Source: Candidatus Latescibacterota bacterium
Lineage (GTDB): Bacteria > Latescibacterota > UBA2968 > UBA8231
Length of the DNA: 64,000 nucleotides
Reading direction: 5' to 3'
Assembly (NCBI GenBank): GCA_965261395.1
Contig: OZ253462.1
Span: 6,272,001 to 6,336,000 of the forward strand
Shown: piece after piece, positions 38,595 to 48,882 of the stretch
How the letters are laid out: each line of letters starts with the position of its first letter
Numbering within the stretch: the first letter of the stretch is position 1
Notes under the pieces: generated by a model
Seen by the model: only the letters and a program-made list of their open reading frames with translations
Told to the model about the DNA's origin: nothing
Databases searched by the model: none
Program-made: the position numbers and the translations under genes

Positions 38595-40562
38595 TTGCGA
38601 AAAATTATCGGGATAGTCCTAATCGGCGGGACCCTAAGCACTGCCGGTGCTGATCCTCGGCCCCTGCGCGACGATGTTCAAGTCCGCCACTTGCTCGACG
38701 TGAGCCGGCGGACCATGCGCATTGCCAAGGACCCGCGCGACAATAGCCTGTACACTCTCACGGCTACGGGCACTATTTCCCGCATTCAGATCAAGGGCGA
38801 GGACGAGCGCGTCGGCGAGACCATTGCCCGAGGGGTGCGCAACGCCGAGGGAGCGTGGAGTTGGACCCAGTTCCGTCCTGCGGAAGGGGTGCCCGAAGGA
38901 GTGCCCATCGACGAAATCCGCGCTGCGGCTGCGGCTGCGGCAACCCGGGCGACCGACCCGATCGAAGATCAAATCCACGTCCTCGATACGCGCAACAACC
39001 GCATCATCACTCCACCGAACAAAGAGGTAGCCAATCTGGACGACTATGGCATCGCCTTCCCCCAGGCCATCTACTTTGACGCCGAGGGTGCCCTGTACGT
39101 GGTGCTAGACGTAGAGGCGGCCAATGTCTCGGGCGAGGAGCGGATTGCTACTTCCGCGGACCACAAGCTCAACGATACTCAGGGCTTTGATATTGCGGCG
39201 GACGGCACGTTCTACATTGGCGGCAACAGCGGCAACACGGTCATCAATGTAGTGCGTGGGGTGCGCGACAAAGACAGCATCGAGTGGGCTACGGTGGTCC
39301 GCACCGAGCGCATTCCCCCCGGCACCAAGACCCATCCCCATCCGGCCATTGTCCTTAGCCCGGATGATCGCTTTGTGTACATCAATTCGGGATCCCGCAC
39401 CGACCACGGCGAGCTGGCCGAGGATGGGGCTTCTGCGGGCGCGCGCGAATTGCCTCTGTCGTCGGCCATTTTGCGGGTGCCAGCGGATGGCGAGGATCTT
39501 TTGATTCCGGCCGCTGAGGAGGCGCTGCAGGCTTCGGGCTACTTGTACGCCGACGGGTTCCGCAATGCCTTTGATATGGCCTTTGCCGCCAACGGCGATC
39601 TGTTTGCCGCAGACAACGGCCCGGACAGCGATATGGCCGACGAGGTCTGCTGGGTGCGGCAGGGGCTGCACTTTGGCTTCCCTTGGCGCATGGGGATCAT
39701 GGACACAGCTCAGCGCTTCCCCGACTACGACCCGGCCGCGGACTTACTCCTGCTGACCCGCTCTGACGCTAGGGATCGCGGCTTATTTTACAACGATCCG
39801 ACCTACCCGCCCCCGCCCGTGGACCGTTTTGCCGATCCGGTGCTCAATCTAGGCCCCGACGCCGACCGCTACCGCGACCCGAGCACGGGCGAGGTGCGCG
39901 ACGCCAGCGACGAGGGCGGAGCGGCCTATACCCTTACGCCGCATAGTTCGCCGTTGGGACTGGTATTTGACGTAGAAGAGGCCCTCGCGCCCGAGTTTCG
40001 CGGCGACGGCTTTGTGTTGCGCATCGGCGGAGACTGCTGCAACCTGATCAACCCCTTCGACGACCCGGACGAGGACCTCATCCACATGGATTTGGAGAAG
40101 GTGGGAGATAACTATCAGGCGCGCATGACCCAGATTGTCGAGGGTTTTAGCGGCCCTATTGACGCCGAGATCATCGGCAACAAGATCTACGTGATTGAGT
40201 GGAGTGGCGGTCGCGGCTTGTGGGAGATTACCCTGCCCGGTAGTCCGGTCACGGCAGTGGTGGAAGAAAGTGGCAGTGTGCCCGACGGGTACGCGCTGGC
40301 GCAGAATTATCCCAACCCCTTCAACTCCAACACGACCATCGCCTACGAGGTGGGCAGCGAAGGGCTAGTGGAACTGGCCCTATACAATGCTGCCGGACAG
40401 AAGATCCGCGATTTGGTGCAGGATCGGTTGGCAGCGGGACGTTACGAGGTGCAGTGGGACGGGCGCGATAACCGTGGCCGAGCCGTGGCCAGCGGCACCT
40501 ATATATACCAGCTTACCGCGGGCAATTACCAAGAGAGTCGGCCGCTGACGCTGTTGAAGTAA
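38595..40562 (+). CDS. secreted PQQ/glucose-sorbosone dehydrogenase-like propeller with FlgD-Ig tail
   Basis: ADGFRNAFDMAF, DNGPD, HFGFPW, HSSPLGLVF, QNYPNPFN. Confidence 0.85.
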   Translation: MRKIIGIVLIGGTLSTAGADPRPLRDDVQVRHLLDVSRRTMRIAKDPRDNSLYTLTATGTISRIQIKGEDERVGETIARGVRNAEGAWSWTQFRPAEGVPEGVPIDEIRAAAAAAATRATDPIEDQIHVLDTRNNRIITPPNKEVANLDDYGIAFPQAIYFDAEGALYVVLDVEAANVSGEERIATSADHKLNDTQGFDIAADGTFYIGGNSGNTVINVVRGVRDKDSIEWATVVRTERIPPGTKTHPHPAIVLSPDDRFVYINSGSRTDHGELAEDGASAGARELPLSSAILRVPADGEDLLIPAAEEALQASGYLYADGFRNAFDMAFAANGDLFAADNGPDSDMADEVCWVRQGLHFGFPWRMGIMDTAQRFPDYDPAADLLLLTRSDARDRGLFYNDPTYPPPPVDRFADPVLNLGPDADRYRDPSTGEVRDASDEGGAAYTLTPHSSPLGLVFDVEEALAPEFRGDGFVLRIGGDCCNLINPFDDPDEDLIHMDLEKVGDNYQARMTQIVEGFSGPIDAEIIGNKIYVIEWSGGRGLWEITLPGSPVTAVVEESGSVPDGYALAQNYPNPFNSNTTIAYEVGSEGLVELALYNAAGQKIRDLVQDRLAAGRYEVQWDGRDNRGRAVASGTYIYQLTAGNYQESRPLTLLK

Positions 40563-40588
40563 GTTCTGCGGATCTACCTGTGCAGCGT

Positions 40589-40879
40589 CTATCGAGGTAT
40601 CAGGCGGATGTCCAAGCGACAGCCAACAGCTTCTGCGTATTTTTGCAGAGTAGCAAGAGAAGGGGAGTGCTTTTTATGTCGTCCTGATGCTTCAAGGCGT
40701 GCAACTGCCGGCGTTTGGGTGCCCATTTTTTTGGCAACATCAGCTTGAGTTAAACCCGCATTCTTTCTGGCTTTGAGCATTTCATCGAAGAGGGCGAATT
40801 CATCTGCCAGCGCATTGTATTCAGCGACGAATTCTGGTTCTTTCATCCATTCGTCAAGCAATTCTTTATGCGTTTTCAT
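40589..40879 (-). CDS. XRE-family HTH antitoxin (HigA-like)
   Basis: ARKNAGLTQADVAKKMGTQTPAVARLE...PSLATLQKYA; AGGAGGAG RBS. Confidence 0.88.
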   Translation of the reverse strand: MKTHKELLDEWMKEPEFVAEYNALADEFALFDEMLKARKNAGLTQADVAKKMGTQTPAVARLEASGRHKKHSPSLATLQKYAEAVGCRLDIRLIPR

Positions 40880-40973
40880 GTTTAAACTCCTCCTGACGTT
40901 TGCGTGCAAGCTCCAATTCTTTTAGAGGCGTTTTCTCAGACTTCTTGATATAGACATGGAGTACAACCACCAT
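40866..40973 (-). pseudogene. C-terminal remnant of a RelE/HigB (Gp49-like) toxin
   Basis: VVLHVYIKKSEKTPLKELELARKR overlapping the antitoxin start. Confidence 0.8.
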
Positions 40974-41091
40974 TAACAAATACGTTAATAAAAATCAACT
41001 CATAGCCGATCCGAAAGTCAGATTGTGTTTGCCGTCTCCGCCGAGGATGGGAGGCATCTGCCTAGGTGCAAGATGCTCGTGCTGAGGTAGG

Positions 41092-42198
41092 CTACTGCCC
41101 CGGACCCAAGAGCCGTTCCATGTTGCCGCCGAGGATTGCCGCCATTTCGGATTCGCCGATGAACGGGCAGTAGCGCCGCACGTAGTCGAGGCTCTGGCGG
41201 TAGGTCCAGTGCAGCAGCACGATGGGGAGGTCCGTCCCCCACAGGATGCGCTCGGTGCCGATGCGTTCGACCATCTGCTCTAGGACGGGCCGCATCTGTG
41301 GCATGGGGTAGTCCCAGCGCGACTGCAGGAACACGGCGAAGAGGATCTGGATGTGGAAGCGCGGGTGGCCGATGGGTGCCGCCTCGTAAACCGCGTCGGG
41401 CACGTGGAGCCGGTCGCTGTCGGCGAACATCCGCCAGGGGAAGCCGTGGGTCATGACCACATCGACGTCGGGGAAGCGGTCCATCCAAGAGCGCAGCGCG
41501 CGCAACTCGTCGAGGTAGGCGGCGGGCGATCCGGCTGCGCCGAGGGTGAAGAACACGGGAATTTCCAACTCGGCCACAGCCGCCCACAAAGGGTCGAAGT
41601 CAGGGCCGGTCCACTCGGGGGAGAGGTCGTAGAGGGACCGGTGGAAGGGCATGAACTGCAGGCCCGACAGACCGTGGTCGCCAATCGCCCGTTGTAGCTT
41701 GCCGATGGCGTCGTCCGTCCTGCTGGGGAACCACCATTCGGGTACGTGGGCTAGACCTTGGATCCGCCCCGGGTGGCGCTGGCAGCAGTCGGCGATGTAG
41801 CCGTCATTGAGACCCATGTACGGAGTGCGGTGCAGGAGCGCCCGATCAATGCCGGCGTAGTCCATCTCCGCCACTAGGCTGTCGGCGGGGAAGGCAAAGT
41901 CCACCGTCCACGGCGGCAGGGCCTGCTTCACGTAGTCTTCTCCGTCTGTGGTCCACTCGACGAGGCCGTGGTTTCCGGTGCGGAAGGCGGCGTCCCGCAG
42001 GCCATCGAAGCGCCAGGGGCGATCGGGATCGTAGAGGCCCGTGGCGTCGGCCGGGGCGCGGTCGGCGCGCCGCCAGCAGGGCTGCTGCCGGGCTTGGGCC
42101 ATGAACAGTTGCAGGTGCCGCCAGAACTCGGCGGGGTCGGCGAAGCCCCCGTTGCGGCCCGGCGGCGGGAAGCAATAGGCGTGTCCATCGTAGATCAT
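41092..42198 (-). CDS. amidohydrolase family 2
   Basis: IYDGHAY, MTHG, RILWGTDLP, ILGGN. Confidence 0.88.
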   Translation of the reverse strand: MIYDGHAYCFPPPGRNGGFADPAEFWRHLQLFMAQARQQPCWRRADRAPADATGLYDPDRPWRFDGLRDAAFRTGNHGLVEWTTDGEDYVKQALPPWTVDFAFPADSLVAEMDYAGIDRALLHRTPYMGLNDGYIADCCQRHPGRIQGLAHVPEWWFPSRTDDAIGKLQRAIGDHGLSGLQFMPFHRSLYDLSPEWTGPDFDPLWAAVAELEIPVFFTLGAAGSPAAYLDELRALRSWMDRFPDVDVVMTHGFPWRMFADSDRLHVPDAVYEAAPIGHPRFHIQILFAVFLQSRWDYPMPQMRPVLEQMVERIGTERILWGTDLPIVLLHWTYRQSLDYVRRYCPFIGESEMAAILGGNMERLLGPGQ

Positions 42199-42288
42199 GG
42201 TGTTGTCCTCGGAAGGTCGTCAGCAGGGCGAGAGTTGGAACGGTTGAAATATTACGGAGCAGGCCGACCATTGACAAAGGAGAAATAG

Positions 42289-43593
42289 ATGATGAGCCAG
42301 CGTAGCGCACTTTCGAGGTTTATCGGCATTCCGTTGCATTGGCAGATCGCCATGGCCCTCGCCCTCGCTGCATTAGTAGGCTGGCTGGGCGACGAGCATA
42401 CGACGCTGTTCGGCGCGTCGCTGGTGGAAGTTTTTGGCTTCTTCGGCAGCTTGTTCCTCAACGCGCTGAAAATGATCGTGGTGCCGCTGATTCTGTCTTC
42501 GATCATTGTTGGCGTCCGCAACATGGCGAGCCAGAAAGCCTTTGGACGCATCGGCGGAAAGACGGTGGCCTTTTACGTGGGTACTGGACTCCTGTCGGCT
42601 TTCACTGGTCTCGTTTTCGTGAATCTCATAGCGCCCGGCGAGACGGAGTCGGCGCGGGCGTTGGGCATTGCGCTGCCAGACCCGGCGCAAGTCATGGACA
42701 AGGTAGAGGGGCGCGGCATACGCGATCTGGTTGAGGTCCTCAAGCGCACGATACCGTCCAACATCTTCGCGGCGGCGCTAGAGGTTCAACTGTTGGCGCT
42801 GGTATTCGTGGGGGTCGTGTTCGGGTATTTCATGTCGCGGCTGAACGGGCCGGCGGGCGACACCCTGCAGCAGTTCTGGGTCGGCTTGCACGACCTCATG
42901 ATCCTGATCACGATGTGGATCATGAGGTTTGCTCCCATCGGCGCGTTTGCGCTGGTGGGCAAGACGTTGCTCGTCTCTGGCTTTGCCGCGCTTGAAGCGT
43001 TGGGCCTGTTCTTCCTGACCGTATTGCTGGCGCTGGCGGTGCATTTTGCCGTCTGGTTGCCGCTGCTGCTGCGCTTGGTTGCCGGCATCAGTCCATACGC
43101 CTACTACGCCAAGATCGCGCCGGCGCAATTGACCGCGTTTTCGACCGCGTCGTCTTCGGCGACCTTGCCGGTGACCATCAACAGCGCCGAACAGGCCGGC
43201 ATCTCCAACCGCGTGACCAGCTTTGTCCTGCCGTTGGGGGCGACGGTGAACATGGACGGCACGGCACTGTACGAGTGCGTGGTGGTGGTGTTTATCGCCC
43301 AAGTGTACGCGTTTGCGTCTGGCGTGGATTTTGGCATTGCGGAGCAGATGATCGTCGTATTGCTCGCCTTGCTCACGTCGATCGGCGTGGCGGGCATCCC
43401 CGCTTCCAGCTTGGTCGCCATCGCGCTGATCCTGCCGGCGGTCGGCCTGCCGGTGGAAGCCATCGCCATCGTCCTGGCCGTTGATCGCCTGCTCGATATG
43501 TGCCGCACGACCGTCAACGTGACCGGCGATCTGGTGGTCACGGCACTGGTGGCGCGCACAGAAGGTGAAGACTTGCCGGATGTCCGGGCTTGA
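42289..43593 (+). CDS. dicarboxylate/amino acid:cation symporter (DAACS)
   Basis: AFSTASSSATLP, LGATVNMDGTAL, DMCRTTVNVTGD. Confidence 0.95.
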   Translation: MMSQRSALSRFIGIPLHWQIAMALALAALVGWLGDEHTTLFGASLVEVFGFFGSLFLNALKMIVVPLILSSIIVGVRNMASQKAFGRIGGKTVAFYVGTGLLSAFTGLVFVNLIAPGETESARALGIALPDPAQVMDKVEGRGIRDLVEVLKRTIPSNIFAAALEVQLLALVFVGVVFGYFMSRLNGPAGDTLQQFWVGLHDLMILITMWIMRFAPIGAFALVGKTLLVSGFAALEALGLFFLTVLLALAVHFAVWLPLLLRLVAGISPYAYYAKIAPAQLTAFSTASSSATLPVTINSAEQAGISNRVTSFVLPLGATVNMDGTALYECVVVVFIAQVYAFASGVDFGIAEQMIVVLLALLTSIGVAGIPASSLVAIALILPAVGLPVEAIAIVLAVDRLLDMCRTTVNVTGDLVVTALVARTEGEDLPDVRA

Positions 43594-43597
43594 TGGG

Positions 43598-45112
43598 CTA
43601 CAAAATGCCCACGCGCTCGCTTTGGGCGTCTTCCAACATGCCTTTGGCTGCTACGAGATTGAGCTGGCCCACTTCCTCGGGCGTCAGGTCTGGCAACCGG
43701 TCCACCAGTCCCATAAAACGCTCGACCTCGGTTTCCTCTACGAGTCCCTCGGTTAGTACGGCTAGCTTGTCGATGTAGTCTGGTCGCGCAAAGGGTCGGG
43801 CACCGAGGTAGTGGGCATTGGGGTTGTCGAGGCGTTCGGCGATCTGAGTGCCGTCGGCGAGGCTAACCACGACTTGGGCACCGAACTTCTTGTGGTCGGG
43901 ATCTGGATGGTGATAGGCTTGGGTCCACTCGGCGACTTCTGCGGTGCGGATCTTGTGCCACAGCGCGACGGTCGAGGGGCGGTGGGCGCGCTCCGAGGTA
44001 TAGGAACGCACGTGGTGCCAAGCGCCGTCCTCCGAGGCGACGGCGAGGATGTACATGGCGCTGTGGTCGAGGGTCTCGCGCGAGGCGTCTGGATCCATTT
44101 TTTGCGGGTCGTTGGCCCCCGTGCCGATCACGTAGTGCGTGTGATGGCTGGTGCGGATTACGACGTCTTCCACTTGGTCTAGGTCTATATGATGGGCGTG
44201 TAACCGGAAGCCGAGATCGATCAGGGCTTGGGCCTGATATTCAGCGGAGTGCTCCTTGGTGTAGGAGCGCAGGATGGCGCGCATCCTTGCGCCGGGATCG
44301 GGCAGGGGGACGGAGTATTCGGCGTCTGGCCCGGACAGCATGTAGGCGATGACGGCGTCGCGGCCCTCGTAGATGGGTGACGGTGCCCGCTCGCCGAGGC
44401 GCGCCCGGCCCACGGCTTCAATGGCGATCTTGTTGGCTTGGGCTGGGGCGTAGGCCTTCCACGAGGTGATGTCCCCTTTGCGCGACTGGCGGGTGGCGCA
44501 GGCTAGGTGCAGGCTCTGGTTGATGGCTTGGTAGATTTGTTCGGCTGGCATCTGGAGCATGGTCCCTAGCCCGGCGGCCACGGCCGGGGCGAGGTGGGCG
44601 ACGTGGTCGATCTTGTGCTCGTGCAAGCAAATGCCCGTCACCAGCGCCATTTGCACCTCATAGGCCGTGAGTATGCCCAAGGTCAGCGCGTGGCCGTTGG
44701 CACCTGTTTGCTGGGCGGCGGCTAAGAGGCCGGGGATATTGTCGCCGGGATGTGAGTAGTCGGCGGCGAGGTAGGTGTCGTGCATGTCGAGTTCGCGCAC
44801 GGCAACTCCATTGGCCAAGGCCGCCCACTCGCAGTGGAAGCTGCGGTCGTTGGTCACGCCAAAGAGGCGAGCGCCGCTGTTGTGGGGATGGGGGTAGCCG
44901 AGGGCGAGGAGGCGGGCGTTGCGCACCGGCGGTCGGTTGATCGCGGCTAAGGCGACTGCGGCGTTGTCGATGACGCGATTGCCGATCATCTCGGCGACAT
45001 CCGCGTCGAACGCTTGATTGTGGGCGGCGAGTTGGGCCAGCTTCCAAGCCAATTGCTCTTCGCGCGGGAGGACGGTACCGTCTGGGTGGGTCTTGACGAT
45101 GTGGTTTTGCAT
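43598..45112 (-). CDS. prpD: MmgE/PrpD family, 2-methylcitrate dehydratase-like
   Basis: RELDMHDTYLAADYSHPGDNI, ETLDHS. Confidence 0.85.
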   Translation of the reverse strand: MQNHIVKTHPDGTVLPREEQLAWKLAQLAAHNQAFDADVAEMIGNRVIDNAAVALAAINRPPVRNARLLALGYPHPHNSGARLFGVTNDRSFHCEWAALANGVAVRELDMHDTYLAADYSHPGDNIPGLLAAAQQTGANGHALTLGILTAYEVQMALVTGICLHEHKIDHVAHLAPAVAAGLGTMLQMPAEQIYQAINQSLHLACATRQSRKGDITSWKAYAPAQANKIAIEAVGRARLGERAPSPIYEGRDAVIAYMLSGPDAEYSVPLPDPGARMRAILRSYTKEHSAEYQAQALIDLGFRLHAHHIDLDQVEDVVIRTSHHTHYVIGTGANDPQKMDPDASRETLDHSAMYILAVASEDGAWHHVRSYTSERAHRPSTVALWHKIRTAEVAEWTQAYHHPDPDHKKFGAQVVVSLADGTQIAERLDNPNAHYLGARPFARPDYIDKLAVLTEGLVEETEVERFMGLVDRLPDLTPEEVGQLNLVAAKGMLEDAQSERVGIL

Positions 45113-45197
45113 GACCTGCTTCCGTTATTGGTGAGATTGGGAAAGTCAAATAATAGGGTCTGTCGCCGCGGACGGACAATCGCAAGGAGGAGAGGAT

Positions 45198-46142
45198 ATG
45201 AAAGTCTTGATGCAGATGGATTTAGCTGAGGAGTTGATAGAGCAGATTCAGCAGGTGGCCGAGGAAGTGGAAGTGGTGCGCGTGGACTCGGATGCGGCGG
45301 CCTTGGCAGCTATGCCGGAGATCGAGGTCGTCTGCGGGCATGTCAGCCGGGAGATGTTCGCGCGGCGGAAAAAGCTCAAGTGGATGCAGAGTTGGGGGGC
45401 GGGGGTAGATGGATTGCTGCACCCCGAACTGGTCGAGAGCGATGTGGTGTTGTGCAGTGCCAAGGGGCGGGTGGGGGTGCATCTGGCCGAACATGCGATG
45501 GCGTTGTTGCTCGGGCTGACGCGGGGGATCCACACGGCCGTGCGCCATCCGGGCTGGGATCAGCGCTGGCCGATTCGCGCCGCGTCGTGGGAACTGGTTG
45601 AGCAGACGATGGGCATTGTGGGATTGGGAGGGACTGGGAGGGAGTTGGCGCAGCGGGCGAGGGCGTTCGGGATGCGTATTGTCGCGGTGGACCCAGAGAA
45701 GGTCGCCGTGCCGGCAGCAGTGGAAGCTTGCTGGGGGATGGATCAGTTCCACGCGCTGCTGGAACAATCCGACGTGGTGGCGATTTGCGCGCCGCTGACC
45801 GCGGAGACCGAGGGACTATTCGACCAAGAGGCGTTTGCGCGGATGCGGAGCCATGCGCTGTTGATCAACGTCACGCGGGGGCGGATCGTCGATGAGCAGG
45901 CCTTGCTAGCGGCGCTTGCCGCAGGGCAGATCGGCGGGGCGGGGTTGGACGTAGTGCCGCAGGAGCCCCTGCCCGAGGATCACCCGCTGTGGCGGATGGA
46001 CAACGTGCTGATCACGCCGCATACGGCTGGGGGGTCACCCAACCGCGACAGTAGATGCGTGGCACTGTTTTGCGAGAATTTGCGGCGCTACTTGGCGGGG
46101 GAGGCGTTGCTTAGTGTGATCGACAAGCGCAAGGGGTATTGA
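45198..46142 (+). CDS. D-2-hydroxyacid dehydrogenase
   Basis: GIVGLGGTG, INVTRG, LDVVPQEPLP, ITPHTAG. Confidence 0.93.
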   Translation: MKVLMQMDLAEELIEQIQQVAEEVEVVRVDSDAAALAAMPEIEVVCGHVSREMFARRKKLKWMQSWGAGVDGLLHPELVESDVVLCSAKGRVGVHLAEHAMALLLGLTRGIHTAVRHPGWDQRWPIRAASWELVEQTMGIVGLGGTGRELAQRARAFGMRIVAVDPEKVAVPAAVEACWGMDQFHALLEQSDVVAICAPLTAETEGLFDQEAFARMRSHALLINVTRGRIVDEQALLAALAAGQIGGAGLDVVPQEPLPEDHPLWRMDNVLITPHTAGGSPNRDSRCVALFCENLRRYLAGEALLSVIDKRKGY

Positions 46143-46231
46143 AGCTACAATGCGCCGAAAACGGCGATAGCGGTAAAGTTGTGAAAAAGACGGGTCTTGG
46201 CGAATATTGGGTCATGCCTACCGGGAGTGAC

Positions 46232-47215
46232 ATGATCCGTTTGGGGTGCTGCGGTGCATGGGCCGCGATGCTGTGGGCCACGCTCGCTGTGGTCGATGCC
46301 GCCGATACCAGCGAGGCGCTGGGGGACCGCTATATGGCGGAGGGACGCTATCGACTGGCGGCGCAGGCCTTTGAACAGGCCGTGCAGTCTCAGCCCGAAT
46401 CGGCGGAGCGCCGCCGCAAGCTGGCCGCCGCCTACGCCAAGGACCAACAATTGGCCGAGGCAGTCGCCGCCTATCAAGAGGCGATCGCCCTGCGGACCGA
46501 TTACGCCAAGGCACGCACCGAGTTGGCTATTTTGCTGACTCGTCTCGACCGCCACGACGAGGCGGTGGCGACACTCGGAAAGGCGATTGAACTCAGTCCC
46601 GATTACGCGTGGGCGCATCTATCGCTGGGACAACTCCACTTCAGCAAGGGGAACTACGATTCAGCACAAGTCGCCTATCGCCGCGCCCTCGCCGCCAAAG
46701 GCGACTACGGCGAGGCCTGGTACCATCTCGGTGAAGTCCAGCGCAAACTGAACGACTACGCCGCTGCCGAGCGGGCGTATCGCCAGGCCCTCGCCGCCGA
46801 CTCGACGAAGAATACGCTGCTGACAACGCCCGACCAAGCGGCAGTCTATCACGATCTGGGCATGATTTATTCACGTCGCGGCCAGTACGAACAAGCCCAA
46901 ATTCACTATATGCAGGCGATTTCTCGGGACACCTTGTTTGCGCCCTCGTACCACAATCTAGGCAATATCCAGTTGCGGCAAGGGCGGTTTGAAGCGGCGC
47001 TTGACCTATTCCGCCGTGCCCTACAGGCGGATTCCACCTATGTGTTGTCCTATTTGGCGCTGGGTAACGTACAGATGCGGCTCCGGCAAGTGCCTCTGGC
47101 GCTGGCAAGCTATCTCCAGGGGTTGCGATTTGCCCCGGACGATCTGCAGCTCAAGCGCAACGCCGCGCTGGCTCGGCGGATCCTCGCTACCGCCCAACAG
47201 CAGGAGGCTCCGTGA
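46232..47215 (+). CDS. secreted tetratricopeptide repeat protein
   Basis: Multiple TPRs; signal-like N-terminus; start uncertain (46214 or 46232). Confidence 0.85.
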   Translation: MIRLGCCGAWAAMLWATLAVVDAADTSEALGDRYMAEGRYRLAAQAFEQAVQSQPESAERRRKLAAAYAKDQQLAEAVAAYQEAIALRTDYAKARTELAILLTRLDRHDEAVATLGKAIELSPDYAWAHLSLGQLHFSKGNYDSAQVAYRRALAAKGDYGEAWYHLGEVQRKLNDYAAAERAYRQALAADSTKNTLLTTPDQAAVYHDLGMIYSRRGQYEQAQIHYMQAISRDTLFAPSYHNLGNIQLRQGRFEAALDLFRRALQADSTYVLSYLALGNVQMRLRQVPLALASYLQGLRFAPDDLQLKRNAALARRILATAQQQEAP

Positions 47216-48882
47216 GGTCGTCGTGGCTGCGCGGTCGGTGGCGGTCGCTGGCGGGCATTGTTTGGCTGTCGGCGGTCAGTGGCGAGGCGGTGGGTGCTGC
47301 CGCACCTCGTTTCGTCGAGGTCACTGTGGAGGCAGGAATCGACTTCCGCTATATCAATGGGGCCAGTGGGGCCAAATACATGCTGGAGGCGGTGGGATCT
47401 GGGGCGGCTTTCTTCGACGGCGACGGCGACGGGTTCCTCGACTTGTATATCGTCAATGGCGCGGCTCTGCCCGGCTATGTGGGCCCAACCGGCTCCAATG
47501 CCTATTATCGCAACCGGGCGGACGGCGCGTTCGTCAATGCCACCGTAGAATCGGGGACGGGGGACGAGGCCTTTGGCATGGGGGCCGCCGTCGGCGATAT
47601 CGACGGCGATGGCGACCCCGACCTCTATGTCACCAATTATGGCCCCAACCGACTCTACGAAAACGATGGGCGTGCGGTCTTTGCCGATATCGCGCCCGAA
47701 CTTGGTGTAGCAGACTCGAGTTGGGGCACGCACGCGGCTTTTGCCGACTACGATGGCGATGGCGATCTTGACCTCTACGTGGCCAACTATATGGATTTTG
47801 ACCCAGCGCAGAATGTGGAGTGTTTCGCTGGTAAGGTGCGGTCGTATTGCGGGCCAACGACCTATCGAGGGCAAACAGGCGTCCTCTACCGCAACGACGG
47901 TGGGAGGTCGTTTGTCGAGGTGACGGCAGCAGCCGGTCTGCGCGACGATTCTGGTCGCCAGTTGGCGGCGGTCTTCGGCGATATTGACGGCGATGGCGAT
48001 CCCGACCTCTTCGTCGCCAACGACAAGAAGCCCAATTTCCTCTTTGTCAACAACGGCGACGGCACCTTCTCAGAAAGCGGTGCAGTGGCAGGGGTCGCCT
48101 ACAACGAAGAAGGCTTAGCCGAATCGGCGATGGGAGCCGATCTGGGCGACTACGACAACGACGGGCGGCTCGACATCATCGTCGCTACCTACCAGTGGCT
48201 GGCCAATACTCTCTACCACAACGACGGCGACGGCTTCTTCACCGACTTGACGTTCGCCGCCGGACTGGGCGTGGCGAGTGTGCCGTATCTTGGTATGACC
48301 GCGGCTTTCGTCGATTGCGACAACGACGGTTTCCTCGATGTCTTCGTTGCTAACGGCCATCTCGACGAGAATGTCGCCGAATACGACCCCTCCACCACCT
48401 ATCCGCAGCAAAACCAGTTGTTCCGCAACAGCGGCGACGGCTCCTTTGTCGAAGTCAGCGACCAGAGCGGACCGGGGATGCACGTCGCAAGGGTAAGTCA
48501 CGGAGCGATCTTCGGCGATTACGACAACGATGGCGATGTTGACTTTTTTATTTCCGACTCCGACACGCCCCATTGCACCCTGCTGCGCAACGACGGCGGC
48601 AACGCCAACCACTGGCTCAGGGTCCGCACCAAGGGCCGCCAGAGCAATCGGGAGGGCATCGGGGCTAGGGTGCGGGCGGTGGCTGGCGATCTGGTGCAGG
48701 TGCGGGAGGTCCGCGCTGGTTATGGCTATATGGGCAGCAACGACGTGCGATTGACCCTCGGGTTGGGCCAGTATGCGACCATCGATACGCTACAGGTCTT
48801 TTGGCCCAGCGGCGCGGTGCAGACGCTAGTGGGACTGGCCGCCGACCGGGAAATCGTCGTGGTGGAGGCGGCCGATCCATGA
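47212..48882 (+). CDS. CRTAC1/ASPIC-UnbV family FG-GAP repeat protein
   Basis: GDIDGDGDPDLYVTN repeats; C-terminal NREGIGARV...FWPSG. Confidence 0.93.
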   Translation: MRSSWLRGRWRSLAGIVWLSAVSGEAVGAAAPRFVEVTVEAGIDFRYINGASGAKYMLEAVGSGAAFFDGDGDGFLDLYIVNGAALPGYVGPTGSNAYYRNRADGAFVNATVESGTGDEAFGMGAAVGDIDGDGDPDLYVTNYGPNRLYENDGRAVFADIAPELGVADSSWGTHAAFADYDGDGDLDLYVANYMDFDPAQNVECFAGKVRSYCGPTTYRGQTGVLYRNDGGRSFVEVTAAAGLRDDSGRQLAAVFGDIDGDGDPDLFVANDKKPNFLFVNNGDGTFSESGAVAGVAYNEEGLAESAMGADLGDYDNDGRLDIIVATYQWLANTLYHNDGDGFFTDLTFAAGLGVASVPYLGMTAAFVDCDNDGFLDVFVANGHLDENVAEYDPSTTYPQQNQLFRNSGDGSFVEVSDQSGPGMHVARVSHGAIFGDYDNDGDVDFFISDSDTPHCTLLRNDGGNANHWLRVRTKGRQSNREGIGARVRAVAGDLVQVREVRAGYGYMGSNDVRLTLGLGQYATIDTLQVFWPSGAVQTLVGLAADREIVVVEAADP

